Origin: Phycisphaerae bacterium
GTDB taxonomy: Bacteria; Planctomycetota; Phycisphaerae; UBA1845; Fen-1342
Reading direction: 5' to 3'
NCBI GenBank assembly: GCA_050115495.1
Contig: JASFQK010000010.1
Location: 1 to 64,000, forward strand
Length of the DNA stretch: 64,000 bases
Shown here: in pieces, positions 34,933 to 44,540 of the stretch
Layout: every line of letters starts with the position of its first letter
How positions within the stretch are numbered: position 1 is the stretch's first letter
Notes under the pieces: generated by a model
The model's input: the letters and a program-made list of their open reading frames with translations, nothing else
Told to the model about the DNA's origin: nothing
Databases searched by the model: none
Position numbers and translations under genes: made by a program

Positions 34933-37380
34933 ATGACGACCCAGCCCAACACCGACAGTCCCGAGACGGGCGCCGGCGCGACTGCGGCCGCCCACGAGCA
35001 CAGAGCCTTCGGCCGCTCGTACTGGATGCTCAACAGCATCGAGATGTTCGAGCGGCTGGCCTATTTCGGCATCCGGGCCGTGGTGCCCCTCTACATCATG
35101 CAGGCCACCGAGCCGGGCGGCCTGCATCTCAGCGCCCTCCACAAAGGCTGGATCTACATGTGGTGGGCACTGTTCCAGTCGTTCCTGCCGATCGTCACCG
35201 GCGGCATCGCCGACCGGTACGGGTACAAGCGGGTTCTGTTCTTCTCCATCTCGGCCAACATCGTCGGCTACCTGATGATGGCGAACCTGCACAACTACTA
35301 CGGCTTCTTCGCCGGGATCCTGGTGCTGGCGACGGGGACGGCGTTCTTCAAGCCGGCATTACAGGGTTCCCTGGCGCAGAATCTGACGAAGGAGAACTCG
35401 TCGCTCGGCTGGGGCATCTTCTATTGGGTGGTGAACGTGGGGGCGGTGTCGGCGCCATTTGTGTCGACGGCCATTCTCGGCAAGCCGCACAGCCTCGAGG
35501 GCTGGCAGACGCTGTTCTACGCCTGTGCGATCTTCACGGCGTTCAACCTGCTGCTGCTGCTCACGTTCCGCGACGTGCCCTCGGGCGCGGACAAGAGCGA
35601 GTCGCCCTTCAAGGTGCTCTACAACACGATCGCCAACATCTTCGAGGTGCGGCTGGTCATCTGGCTGCTGATCATGTCGTGCTTCTGGCTGATGATGTAC
35701 CAGCTCTGGGACCTGCATCCGAACTTCATCACGGATTGGGTGGACAGCTCGGCGGTGGCAGCCCACATGCCCTTCGACGCGTGGTGGGAGTGGGGCGACC
35801 GCGGCCTCATCCAGGTGCCGCAGCAGATTCTGCTGAACCTCAACGCCGCCCTGATCATCGTGCTGATGGTGCCGATGTCGTGGATCTCGGGAAAGATGCG
35901 CACGCTCAGCGCCATGATGGTCGGCATGTCGGTGGCCACGCTCGGCGTGCTCGTTGCCGGCTGGACGATGAGCGGTTGGATGTTCCTGGCCGGCGTCGTG
36001 TTCTTCTCGCTCGGCGAGATGTGGACCGGGCCCAAGAAGAACGAGTATCTCGGCCTGATCGCCCCGCCCGGGAAGAAGGGGCTCTATCTCGGATACGTGA
36101 ACATACCGGTCGGTATCGGCGTCGGCATTGGCTCCTACTTCGGCGGCTGGCTGTACGACAACTACGGCGAGAAGGCCACGCTGGCGCTGAAGGAGCTGGC
36201 GACGCAGCCGGCGCTGGTGGCGCGGGCGGCGCAATCGGCGGACTGGAGCGACGCGCTGGACAAGCTGCCGGGGCTGCTGCACATCGAGCGCGGGCAGGCG
36301 TTCGCCAATGCCCGTGACGAGATGGGGCTCGATGACGCCGCCGCCGGGGAGCGGATACGTGGGTTCTTCCGGTACGACCGCGGTCAGGCGATCAACCTGT
36401 GCCTGTTGTATCTGGCCGAGCAGGAGGCCTATCGCCCGGCGGTGGAGCAGGGCCGGGCGCAGGCGGTGAAGTCCGGCAAGCTGCCGGACGGCGTCGGCGT
36501 GGGGCGGTGCATCGAGCTGATCCCGGGCTGGATCGGAAAGAAGCGCATCGAGGTCCTCGATCTCGTACGCGAAGCGATCCACGAGCAGGACGCTCAGGCG
36601 GGCGACGCGGAGATCGAAGCGCAGCTCTGGGAACGCTTCGGCGGCGATCCCGAAGTGCTCAACAACCTCGCCCTCGAGTATCTGGCGCAAGGGACCAACC
36701 GCCTGCGCGATGCCGTCGCCGAGTTCGAGCTGAAGAGCCCGCCCGAGCAGATCAAGCAGCGCGTGCGGGAGATCGAGGACACTATCGGCATTGGCAGGAC
36801 GAAGTCGTTCGCCGCATTGACGGCGGCGCTGGGCGTGGATGACGCCGCACTGGACAAGGCGGTCGCCGAGAGCGGGGCGGCGGATGTCTATTGCTACCTG
36901 GCGGGTCTGGATCATCGCCGATTCCTGGCCGTCGCCCGGCGGGACTGGACGAATGATGTGGGGCTGTTGCGGGAGATGATCGAGACCGACGCCGAGGCGA
37001 AGGCGTATGTCGAGCAGCACGTGTGGGAGAAGAGCGTTTGGGAGCGTCTCGGGTCGTTGTTTGGCGAGCAAGAGCAGCAGGACGTATACGCGCGGCTGGC
37101 GGGGAAGCAGGATCTGATTCAGCGGGCGCTGGAGCGGAAGGACTGGTCGAAGGCGTCGGCGCAGGCCGCCGGCCTGTTGCAGCTCAATCCGTTCGAGGCG
37201 CGGGCGCTGGCGGCCGCCGAGGTGAATCACGCGGCGCAGACGGCGACGGGGATGCTGTGGGAGAAGTACCAGCCGAACCGGTACGTATGGTTGCCGATTG
37301 TGGGGATCGGAGTTGTGGCAACAATTGCGCTAGGCGTGTTCGGGCAGATGGCCCGGCGTTGGAACGACATGAACGCGTAG
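34933..37380 (+). CDS. POT/PTR-type MFS transporter with a large soluble insertion before the last TM helix
   Basis: EMFERLAYFGIR (ExxER motif), GGIADRYGYKR, FFKP, FYWVVNVG, SLGEM..P. Confidence 0.88.
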   Translation: MTTQPNTDSPETGAGATAAAHEHRAFGRSYWMLNSIEMFERLAYFGIRAVVPLYIMQATEPGGLHLSALHKGWIYMWWALFQSFLPIVTGGIADRYGYKRVLFFSISANIVGYLMMANLHNYYGFFAGILVLATGTAFFKPALQGSLAQNLTKENSSLGWGIFYWVVNVGAVSAPFVSTAILGKPHSLEGWQTLFYACAIFTAFNLLLLLTFRDVPSGADKSESPFKVLYNTIANIFEVRLVIWLLIMSCFWLMMYQLWDLHPNFITDWVDSSAVAAHMPFDAWWEWGDRGLIQVPQQILLNLNAALIIVLMVPMSWISGKMRTLSAMMVGMSVATLGVLVAGWTMSGWMFLAGVVFFSLGEMWTGPKKNEYLGLIAPPGKKGLYLGYVNIPVGIGVGIGSYFGGWLYDNYGEKATLALKELATQPALVARAAQSADWSDALDKLPGLLHIERGQAFANARDEMGLDDAAAGERIRGFFRYDRGQAINLCLLYLAEQEAYRPAVEQGRAQAVKSGKLPDGVGVGRCIELIPGWIGKKRIEVLDLVREAIHEQDAQAGDAEIEAQLWERFGGDPEVLNNLALEYLAQGTNRLRDAVAEFELKSPPEQIKQRVREIEDTIGIGRTKSFAALTAALGVDDAALDKAVAESGAADVYCYLAGLDHRRFLAVARRDWTNDVGLLREMIETDAEAKAYVEQHVWEKSVWERLGSLFGEQEQQDVYARLAGKQDLIQRALERKDWSKASAQAAGLLQLNPFEARALAAAEVNHAAQTATGMLWEKYQPNRYVWLPIVGIGVVATIALGVFGQMARRWNDMNA

Positions 37381-37564
37381 CGGCCGTATCGAGAGCGGGG
37401 GGGGCTGGGACGCCCGCGGTAACGCGCCCTGTCTAGACGACTTGCGTGTCTCAATTGCCGTCGGTGGCTGGTTTGCCCGGGGCGGTGGTGTGACCTGTTT
37501 GACCGAAGGCCGCGACGGGCTAGAATGAGGTAAGCCCGGAGCAGCACATCCCCGAGGCACCCAC

Positions 37565-40500
37565 ATGTCAGAGCCGTTGCCGGCCCGGAGACCTGCAGAA
37601 GCGGAGCGGGGAGGGGATAGTTCTTGCGCTGGCAGTGCGGGGGGGAGGGTAGGCGTCGATCCCAAACTGGAGCATACACGGTTGCTGCTCGAAGCGATCC
37701 TGGAGCAATGGCCCGTTCCGACCGTAGTGGCCAGCGTTCCCGACCAGATGATCCTCTACGCGAACCGGGCCGCGGTCGAGGCCCTGTGCGTGGCGGACGA
37801 ACCCAGCTACATCGGGATCACGCTGAGTGAAGCCATGGCCCGGCAGACGTGGCGGGATCTCCGGCCGGATGGGACACCCATTCCTCTGACTGACTTGCCC
37901 CTGGCCCGCGCCGCCCGTGGTGAGCTCACGCGCAATGAGGAGTACATCATCGTCCGCAAGGATGGCACGCGACGCTGGCAACTGGTGAGCGGTACGCCCA
38001 TCCACGATCACGATGGTGTCCTGATCGCCGGCTTGGTCGTTTTCCCGGATATCACCGACCGGAAGCTGGCGGAGGACGACCGGGCGCGGCTGACCGCCAT
38101 CGCGGAAGGCACGAGCGACCTGGTCGCGACGGCGACGCCGGCCGGTCGCATCACGTACATGAACGCGGCGGGGCGGCGATTGCTGGGCTGGTCTGAGGCA
38201 GACGACGAGAGCTGTACGATCGACGACAACCATCCGGCCTGGGCGGCCGAGCAAATCCGCAACGTGGCGATTCCGACGGCGATCGCGCAGGGCGTGTGGC
38301 AGGGCGAGACGGTCGTCCGCACGCGGGCGGGCCGCGAGGTCCCCGTCTCGCAGGTTATCCTGTCGCACCGCGACGCGGGCGGCGAGGTACAGTACCTGTC
38401 GACGATCATGCGCGACATGGCGGAGCGCAAGCAGGCGGAGGATGAGATCAAGGCCGCCGCTCGGGAGTGGCAAACGACGTTCGATGCGGTCAGCGACGTG
38501 GTGTGGCTGCTGGACCCGCAATTCCGTGTGGTGCGATGCAATGCGGCGACGCTGCGGCAGTTCAACCGCCCGGTCGACGAGGTTGTGGGCAGACACTGCT
38601 GGGAGATCGTGCACGGCACGCGCAGGCCAATTCCGGAGTGTCCGGTGCTGCGCATGAAGCAGAGCAAACGCCGCGAGTCCACGGAGCTGAAGATCGGCGA
38701 GCGCTGGTACAGTGTCAACGTGGATCCGATCCTGGATGAGGCCGGCAACCTGATTGGGGCCGTCCACATCGTTAGCGATATGACGGACCGCAAGCAGACC
38801 GAACAAGCGCTGCAGAGCCGCATCGTTGCCATGACGCGGCCGCTGGACGATGCGTCGTCGATCGCCTTCTCCGACCTGTTCGATCTGGAGGAGATCCAGA
38901 AGCTCCAGGACGCGTTCACAGAATCCAGCGGCGTGGCGCAGTTGATCACCGACCCTGAGGGCAACCCGATCACGCGTCCGAGCGGGTTCTGCCGTCTGTG
39001 CGCCGAGTTCGTGCGGCAGAGCGAGAAGGGGCGTCAGCGGTGCGCGATCTCCGATGCGTCGCTGGGGCACCTCTGCATCGAAGGCCCCACCGTGCGACCG
39101 TGTCTGAGTGCCGGCTTGTGGGGGGCCGGGGCCAGCATCATGGTCGGGGGAAAGCACATCGCCAACTGGCTGATCGGGCAGGTGCGCAACGAGTCCCTCG
39201 ACTTGAACCAGATCAACCAGTATGCGGCGGAGATTGACGCCGATCCGGAGGAGTTCCGGAAAGCCCTGCTGGAAGTGCCGGTCATGTCGGAGGAGCAGTT
39301 CCGCAAGGTCGCCCGGACGTTGTTCATTCTGGCGAACGAGCTTTCGGCCAAGGCCTATCAGAACGTGCAGCAGGCGCGTTTCATCGCGGAGCGCAAGCAG
39401 GCCGAACAGACGCTGCGCGAAAACGCGGAGCGCCTGCGGCTGGCCATGCAGGCCGCGTCCATGGGCACATGGGAATGGGACCTGGTCGCAGAGCGGGTCA
39501 CCTGGTCGCCGGAGACGCTGGACATCTTCGGCGTCAGTGCCGAGGCATTCGGCGGGACCTACGAGGCTTACCGGGCGTTCGCCGTTCCCGAGGCCCGCGC
39601 GGAAGTGGACGAGATGGTCCGGCGGTTTCTCAGCACCGCCCGCGAAGGCGCGGTGATCCAGTACGAGCACGAGATCGTCCGCGGTGACGGGCGATCCGGC
39701 TGGATTGAAGTGCGGGGCACGATGTTTGTGGACAGCCAGCAGAAGCCGGTGCGCATGACCGGTATCTGCACCGACATCACCGCCCGCAAGGTGGCTGAAC
39801 AGGAGCGGGCCAAGCTGGAAGCGCAACTGCGCCAGTCACAGAAGCTGGAGGCCGTCGGCCAGTTAGCCGGTGGTGTGGCCCACGACTTCAACAACATCCT
39901 GACGGCGGTCTTCGGCAACGTGGAGCTGGCCATCTCCGAGCTGCGGACCAACCACCCCGGCGCCGATGGTGTGCTCGACGGTTTGCAGCAGATCGAGCGC
40001 AGCGCCGAGCGAGCTTCGGCCCTGACGCGGCAACTGCTGGCCTTCAGCCGCCGGCAGGTCACGCGCCCAGAGTTGCTCGACCTGAACCGCACGCTGCGCG
40101 ACCTGGAGAAGATGCTCCGGCGGCTGATCACGGAGAACATCACGCTGACGCTCCATCTCACGACGGACCGCGCGACGGTCCGGGCCGACCCGGGGCAGTT
40201 GGAGCAGGTCATCGTGAACCTGGTGGTCAACGCCCGCGACGCGATGCCCGAGGGCGGCAAGCTCGCCATCGAGACGCAGAACGTCGTCCTGGACGCGTCC
40301 TACGCCGCCACCCATCCGGAGGCCCGCCCCGGGGCCCACGTCCTGCTGGCCGTGAGCGACACGGGCTGCGGCATGGAGCGGGCGACGCAGGAGAAGGTTT
40401 TCGAGCCGTTCTTCACCACCAAGCCCGTCGGCCAGGGCACCGGACTCGGCCTGCCCACCGTCTACGGCATCGTGAAGCAGGCCGGCGGCCACGTGGCCCT

Positions 40501-40999
40501 GTACAGCGAACTCGGGCAGGGCACGACCTTCCGCATCTACCTCCCTCTACTGGATCAGGTGGCCGCCCTCCGCACGCACCAGAAGGCAGACACGCCTCCG
40601 CCGTCGGGTACGGAGACCATCCTCATCTGCGAGGACGACCTGGCGGTGCGGGAACTGGCAGCGTGCATGCTGCGCGAAGCCGGCTACAGCGTGCTGGCTG
40701 CGCCCGACGCCGGCAAGGCCCTGAAACTCGCGGCGGATCATCCGGCGGAGATCGACCTGCTGGTCACCGACGTCATTATGCCGGATATGAACGGCCGCCG
40801 GCTCTCCGACGCCCTGCGACAGGTTCGCCCCGGGTTGCGCACGCTCTTCATGTCCGGCTACCCGTCGAACGTCATCGCTCACCACGGCGTGCTGGAGGAT
40901 GACGTCGAGTTCCTGGAGAAGCCCTTCAGCCGCCGGCTGCTCCTGCAACGCGTCCGCGAAGTGCTGGACCGGGCCAAGTCGCGTGGCGTGCGCGCATAA
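37565..40999 (+). CDS. Cytoplasmic hybrid histidine kinase: PAS x3, PocR, PAS, HisKA, HATPase, REC
   Basis: PAS/PAC ends (DITDRK); PocR region (IQKLQDAF...FCRLC...C..SD...C.SAGLW...I.VGGKHIANWLIGQV); AHDFNNIL; GTGLGL; DVIMP. Confidence 0.93.
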   Translation: MSEPLPARRPAEAERGGDSSCAGSAGGRVGVDPKLEHTRLLLEAILEQWPVPTVVASVPDQMILYANRAAVEALCVADEPSYIGITLSEAMARQTWRDLRPDGTPIPLTDLPLARAARGELTRNEEYIIVRKDGTRRWQLVSGTPIHDHDGVLIAGLVVFPDITDRKLAEDDRARLTAIAEGTSDLVATATPAGRITYMNAAGRRLLGWSEADDESCTIDDNHPAWAAEQIRNVAIPTAIAQGVWQGETVVRTRAGREVPVSQVILSHRDAGGEVQYLSTIMRDMAERKQAEDEIKAAAREWQTTFDAVSDVVWLLDPQFRVVRCNAATLRQFNRPVDEVVGRHCWEIVHGTRRPIPECPVLRMKQSKRRESTELKIGERWYSVNVDPILDEAGNLIGAVHIVSDMTDRKQTEQALQSRIVAMTRPLDDASSIAFSDLFDLEEIQKLQDAFTESSGVAQLITDPEGNPITRPSGFCRLCAEFVRQSEKGRQRCAISDASLGHLCIEGPTVRPCLSAGLWGAGASIMVGGKHIANWLIGQVRNESLDLNQINQYAAEIDADPEEFRKALLEVPVMSEEQFRKVARTLFILANELSAKAYQNVQQARFIAERKQAEQTLRENAERLRLAMQAASMGTWEWDLVAERVTWSPETLDIFGVSAEAFGGTYEAYRAFAVPEARAEVDEMVRRFLSTAREGAVIQYEHEIVRGDGRSGWIEVRGTMFVDSQQKPVRMTGICTDITARKVAEQERAKLEAQLRQSQKLEAVGQLAGGVAHDFNNILTAVFGNVELAISELRTNHPGADGVLDGLQQIERSAERASALTRQLLAFSRRQVTRPELLDLNRTLRDLEKMLRRLITENITLTLHLTTDRATVRADPGQLEQVIVNLVVNARDAMPEGGKLAIETQNVVLDASYAATHPEARPGAHVLLAVSDTGCGMERATQEKVFEPFFTTKPVGQGTGLGLPTVYGIVKQAGGHVALYSELGQGTTFRIYLPLLDQVAALRTHQKADTPPPSGTETILICEDDLAVRELAACMLREAGYSVLAAPDAGKALKLAADHPAEIDLLVTDVIMPDMNGRRLSDALRQVRPGLRTLFMSGYPSNVIAHHGVLEDDVEFLEKPFSRRLLLQRVREVLDRAKSRGVRA

Positions 41000-41053
41000 C
41001 CTCACTCGCGCCGGCGGGGGCGCAGCAGCTTCATTAGCGGCGGGGTCCGCCCG

Positions 41054-44000
41054 CTACGGATTTGACAGCAGGTCCACGAACGGGCTGATGTCGAAGTTGT
41101 CGACGGCGCCGTCGTTGTTCACGTCACCCAGCATGTGGTCGCAGTCGGGGTACAGGGCGTAATACTCGGGGTAGTCCGGCGGCGTGGCCGTCAGAGCCAC
41201 CACGAACGCCCGGATGTCGAAGTTGTCGACGGTCCCGTCGCAGTTGAGGTCGCCGGGCACGAACACCGAGTTGCATTGGAACGCGGTCAGCTCGATGTCA
41301 TCGACGTTCCAGCCGCAGAACTGCCACGAGGTGTCCGTGGTGCCCATCGTCCAGCGGAGGTAGAGCGTCGGCTCATCGTCGGCGATGTCGGCGATGTCGA
41401 AGGTCATCTGCGTCCAGGCCGTGTCGGCAACCTGCCCGCCGTTCTCCCACAGCGTGGTCCACGAGCTGCCGTTGGTGCTCACGCGGAAGTAGGCGTGATC
41501 CCAGGTGGGCGTCTCGACGCCCAGCCAGCGCCAGAAGCTCAGCGTCGTGGATTCACGGCCGGCGCAGTCGATGGCCGTGCTGGTCAGGTGCCGCTCGGAC
41601 AGGTTGTTCTCGTAGTCGCCGCTGAGGTTGTAGCCGTAGACGTAGGACCCCGTGTAACCGCTGGTCGGGTCCGGCCCGCCGTACTGTCCGCCGCCGCCGG
41701 TCGGTGTGCCGAAGGCCCACAGGCCCTGCGTGGTCCAGCCCGGGTTGCTGTCGAGCATCTCCGAGTAGAAGGCGCCGATCACGCCGATGTCGAAGGAGAA
41801 CGTGCTGTCCGGGGCGCCGGGCGGCAGCGTGCGCACCGTGCCCAGACTACCTTCGGCCTGGACGTAATACTCGGGGTTGTGCAGGCAGTTCACACGCGGC
41901 AGGTCGGCCGTGTAGCGATCGCCCTCGACGTACGTGAGCGGGATGGCGTGGAACTCGCCGGGCCCGTAGCGGTAGTATAACGTCTCGCTGCCGGGCACGA
42001 TCGTCTCGGTGCCGGGGATGATGTCGGCCGTGACCGTCGGCAGTGTTCCGGGCGACACCAGGCCGCTCGGCCCGCTGATAAGGCGGAGCGTGAACGGCGG
42101 CGGCTCGGCCGTTCCGCCGGTGACCACCAGGGCATAATCGGCGTCCACCTGGCCGGTCTCGACGTGGCTGTCTTCGTTGATCTCGTCGGCGATGACCTCG
42201 ACGATCCACTCGCCGTTTTCGGGGTTGGGGATGAAGACGTTCTCAACCGTGTCGAGCGTGTTGGAGACGCCGTCGGCCGTCGAGACGTTGCCGCTGGTCA
42301 GCCCGTTGTTGCCCCAGTAGATTGTGCCGCTGGGACTGTAGACCCGCAGCGAAAGGTCATTGATGCGGTGCTCGCCCGCGCTGGGGTTGCCGCGCGGGTC
42401 GGCGTAGACGAGGGTCGCCCGGAAGTTCGGCTCGTCGGGGGCGACGTTGATGCTGTATTGCGTCGAGCCCAGCTCGGTTAGCACGTCCGTCTCGTCCACG
42501 ATCAGCATGAGGTCGCGGATGTCGTAGAGCTCCTCCAGGTTGGGTACGCCCCAGCCCTGCTTGTAGCGGTCGATGTCGCCGTTCGGGCCGCCCGCCAGCC
42601 AGTTGTAGCGGTAGGCGGTGTTGATCATGACGGCCTTGGCCGTGGTCATGTGCGGCCGGTCGTCGAAGACCGACAGGCCACCGCCGAAGCCGGGGAACAC
42701 GCCTTCGTGCCACATCTGGAAGAACAGGCCGAAGTGGCCGGCGATGCTGGGGGTGGCCCCGCTCGTCCCGCCGAACTCGGTGTAATCATTGCCCGTCGCG
42801 GTGGTGTAGGTGTCGTCGTAGAAGAACGAGAGATCGGGCTTGATGCGGCCGTCGTCGGCCGGGCCGATGCTGCCGCTGTAGTCCCAGTGGTCGTCGGACC
42901 GGTCGAGCGTATTGTAGTGCTTGAACGCGCCGCCGGAGACGATGTTCTTCGCCCAGGCCTGCGGGCGGGAGTCCTGGTTGCCGGCGTTGGACTGCGACTG
43001 GCAGATCAGGATGTCGTAGAGGAACAGGATGTCGTCCATCTCGGCCGAGATCGTCGTGTAATAGTACGTGCGCGAATCGCCGGTGCTGTTCGTCTGGAAG
43101 ACGGCGCGGTAAGGGCCGGCCGGATCAACCAGCTCTGCCGTGCGTGTGTAGCGCGTCGTTCCGCCGCCGAGCAGGCTGCTGCTCTGGGAGTAGATGCCGG
43201 TGCCGTCGGGGAGCAGGCCGCGGGCCTGCGGGACCACGCCCTGGGCGAAAAGGACGCCGTAGCAACTGGAGCCGTGGGGCGGGTAGACGTCGCCGGCGAT
43301 GTGGATGAGCGGCGGCTGCGACCACTCCTGGTGGTCCAGGTCGAGCTCGGTGTCGGCGACCTCGCCGCGCACGCCCTGACCGGTGAAGCCGAGCGTGTTC
43401 TCGATGTAGTTCGCCCCGCCCGTCTGGCGGACGATATCCATGTCCACCTCGAGCTGGCCCTTGCGGTCGATGAACATGACGTCGTCGAGGCCGGCCAGCG
43501 CCAGCACCTGCTCGAGCGACAGCGTGGCTTCGATGCGGAAGCCCGCCGGCGTCGTGCCGTGCACCGTCCCGCCCAGGCCGTCGATCACGCTGCAGACGCG
43601 ATCCTGCGCCGCCGTGCCGCGCTCGTAGAGCATGATGGAATAGCGCCGCGGCTCGACCTGCTCACCGGTGGCCAACTGATCCAGGATCACCCCTTCCAGC
43701 TTGTACGCCGGCTGCACGGGCCCGACCCAGCGCACGAACGGCAATCCGGCGACGGCGTCGCGGACGCCCGCGGCCATGCGCACCACGTAGGCGTGGTCGG
43801 GCTGGAAGATCAGAATGTCGACGCCCAGGTCGCGCAGGGCCTGGCGATAGCCGTCGAGCGGCTGCGTGACGAACTGCACGTAGTACAGCTCTGACTCGGG
43901 CCGGGCTTGCAGGTACGGCGGGACCACCGCCGCGCCGACCGCCGGATCGAACCGGGCGCAGTGCAGCTTCAGGTCGTACGTCGCTTCCCGCACGCGGGAG

Positions 44001-44299
44001 AACGTTTGGCCGTCGAGGCTGATGGCGCAGAAGTGTGTGCTCTCGCCGTTGGTTCCGAGCTCGTCCCAGACGGCAGCAACGCCCGGCGAATCGGGGATGG
44101 CCACCAGTTGTGCGTGAGCGACTTCATTGGTCGTGGCGTGGAAGGGCAGTGCCCCGTCCAGGGCCAGCGTCGTCTGCGCCAGACCCGGCCGCACGACGAG
44201 CGCCGGCTGGAGATCCTGGGCGGCCAGGGGAACGGCGATCAGAGCCAGGAGCACGATCGTCCCGGCGAGTCTGCCGAGCCGGAGTGTACGCGCGGTCAT
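41054..44299 (-). CDS. Secreted S8 (subtilisin-like) serine peptidase with accessory beta domains and C-terminal dockerin
   Basis: Triad EVADTE / HGSSCYG / GGTSGATP; GRIKPD; GDLNCDGTVDNFDI...GDVNNDGAVDNFDI. Confidence 0.92.
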   Translation of the reverse strand: MTARTLRLGRLAGTIVLLALIAVPLAAQDLQPALVVRPGLAQTTLALDGALPFHATTNEVAHAQLVAIPDSPGVAAVWDELGTNGESTHFCAISLDGQTFSRVREATYDLKLHCARFDPAVGAAVVPPYLQARPESELYYVQFVTQPLDGYRQALRDLGVDILIFQPDHAYVVRMAAGVRDAVAGLPFVRWVGPVQPAYKLEGVILDQLATGEQVEPRRYSIMLYERGTAAQDRVCSVIDGLGGTVHGTTPAGFRIEATLSLEQVLALAGLDDVMFIDRKGQLEVDMDIVRQTGGANYIENTLGFTGQGVRGEVADTELDLDHQEWSQPPLIHIAGDVYPPHGSSCYGVLFAQGVVPQARGLLPDGTGIYSQSSSLLGGGTTRYTRTAELVDPAGPYRAVFQTNSTGDSRTYYYTTISAEMDDILFLYDILICQSQSNAGNQDSRPQAWAKNIVSGGAFKHYNTLDRSDDHWDYSGSIGPADDGRIKPDLSFFYDDTYTTATGNDYTEFGGTSGATPSIAGHFGLFFQMWHEGVFPGFGGGLSVFDDRPHMTTAKAVMINTAYRYNWLAGGPNGDIDRYKQGWGVPNLEELYDIRDLMLIVDETDVLTELGSTQYSINVAPDEPNFRATLVYADPRGNPSAGEHRINDLSLRVYSPSGTIYWGNNGLTSGNVSTADGVSNTLDTVENVFIPNPENGEWIVEVIADEINEDSHVETGQVDADYALVVTGGTAEPPPFTLRLISGPSGLVSPGTLPTVTADIIPGTETIVPGSETLYYRYGPGEFHAIPLTYVEGDRYTADLPRVNCLHNPEYYVQAEGSLGTVRTLPPGAPDSTFSFDIGVIGAFYSEMLDSNPGWTTQGLWAFGTPTGGGGQYGGPDPTSGYTGSYVYGYNLSGDYENNLSERHLTSTAIDCAGRESTTLSFWRWLGVETPTWDHAYFRVSTNGSSWTTLWENGGQVADTAWTQMTFDIADIADDEPTLYLRWTMGTTDTSWQFCGWNVDDIELTAFQCNSVFVPGDLNCDGTVDNFDIRAFVVALTATPPDYPEYYALYPDCDHMLGDVNNDGAVDNFDISPFVDLLSNP

Positions 44300-44540
44300 C
44301 CTGTGTTCCTCCTTGCGGGAGAGGCGGTGTGGGCCTCGATTGGCGGTGGTTGAATTGGCACCTCAGCGCATTACGCGACGGGACGACATACGCCTGCCCT
44401 CCCGTCATTGGCGTCTTTCCGCATAATCGCCGGTCGACCGGCCCAAAGCAACAGCAAAGTGCGCGGGCCGGGTACGTTGAGACCGGCGGTGGGGCCCCCT
44501 GTTAAGGTCCGGTAACCGTAACGCCGACCGGCCGTCGCCA

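Noticed and set aside
37568..39826. Long antisense ORFs (also 24314-26248, 35359-37230, 56920-58545, 62578-63882 and others)
   Set aside because: Typical stop-poor shadows of high-GC genes on the opposite strand; no motifs.
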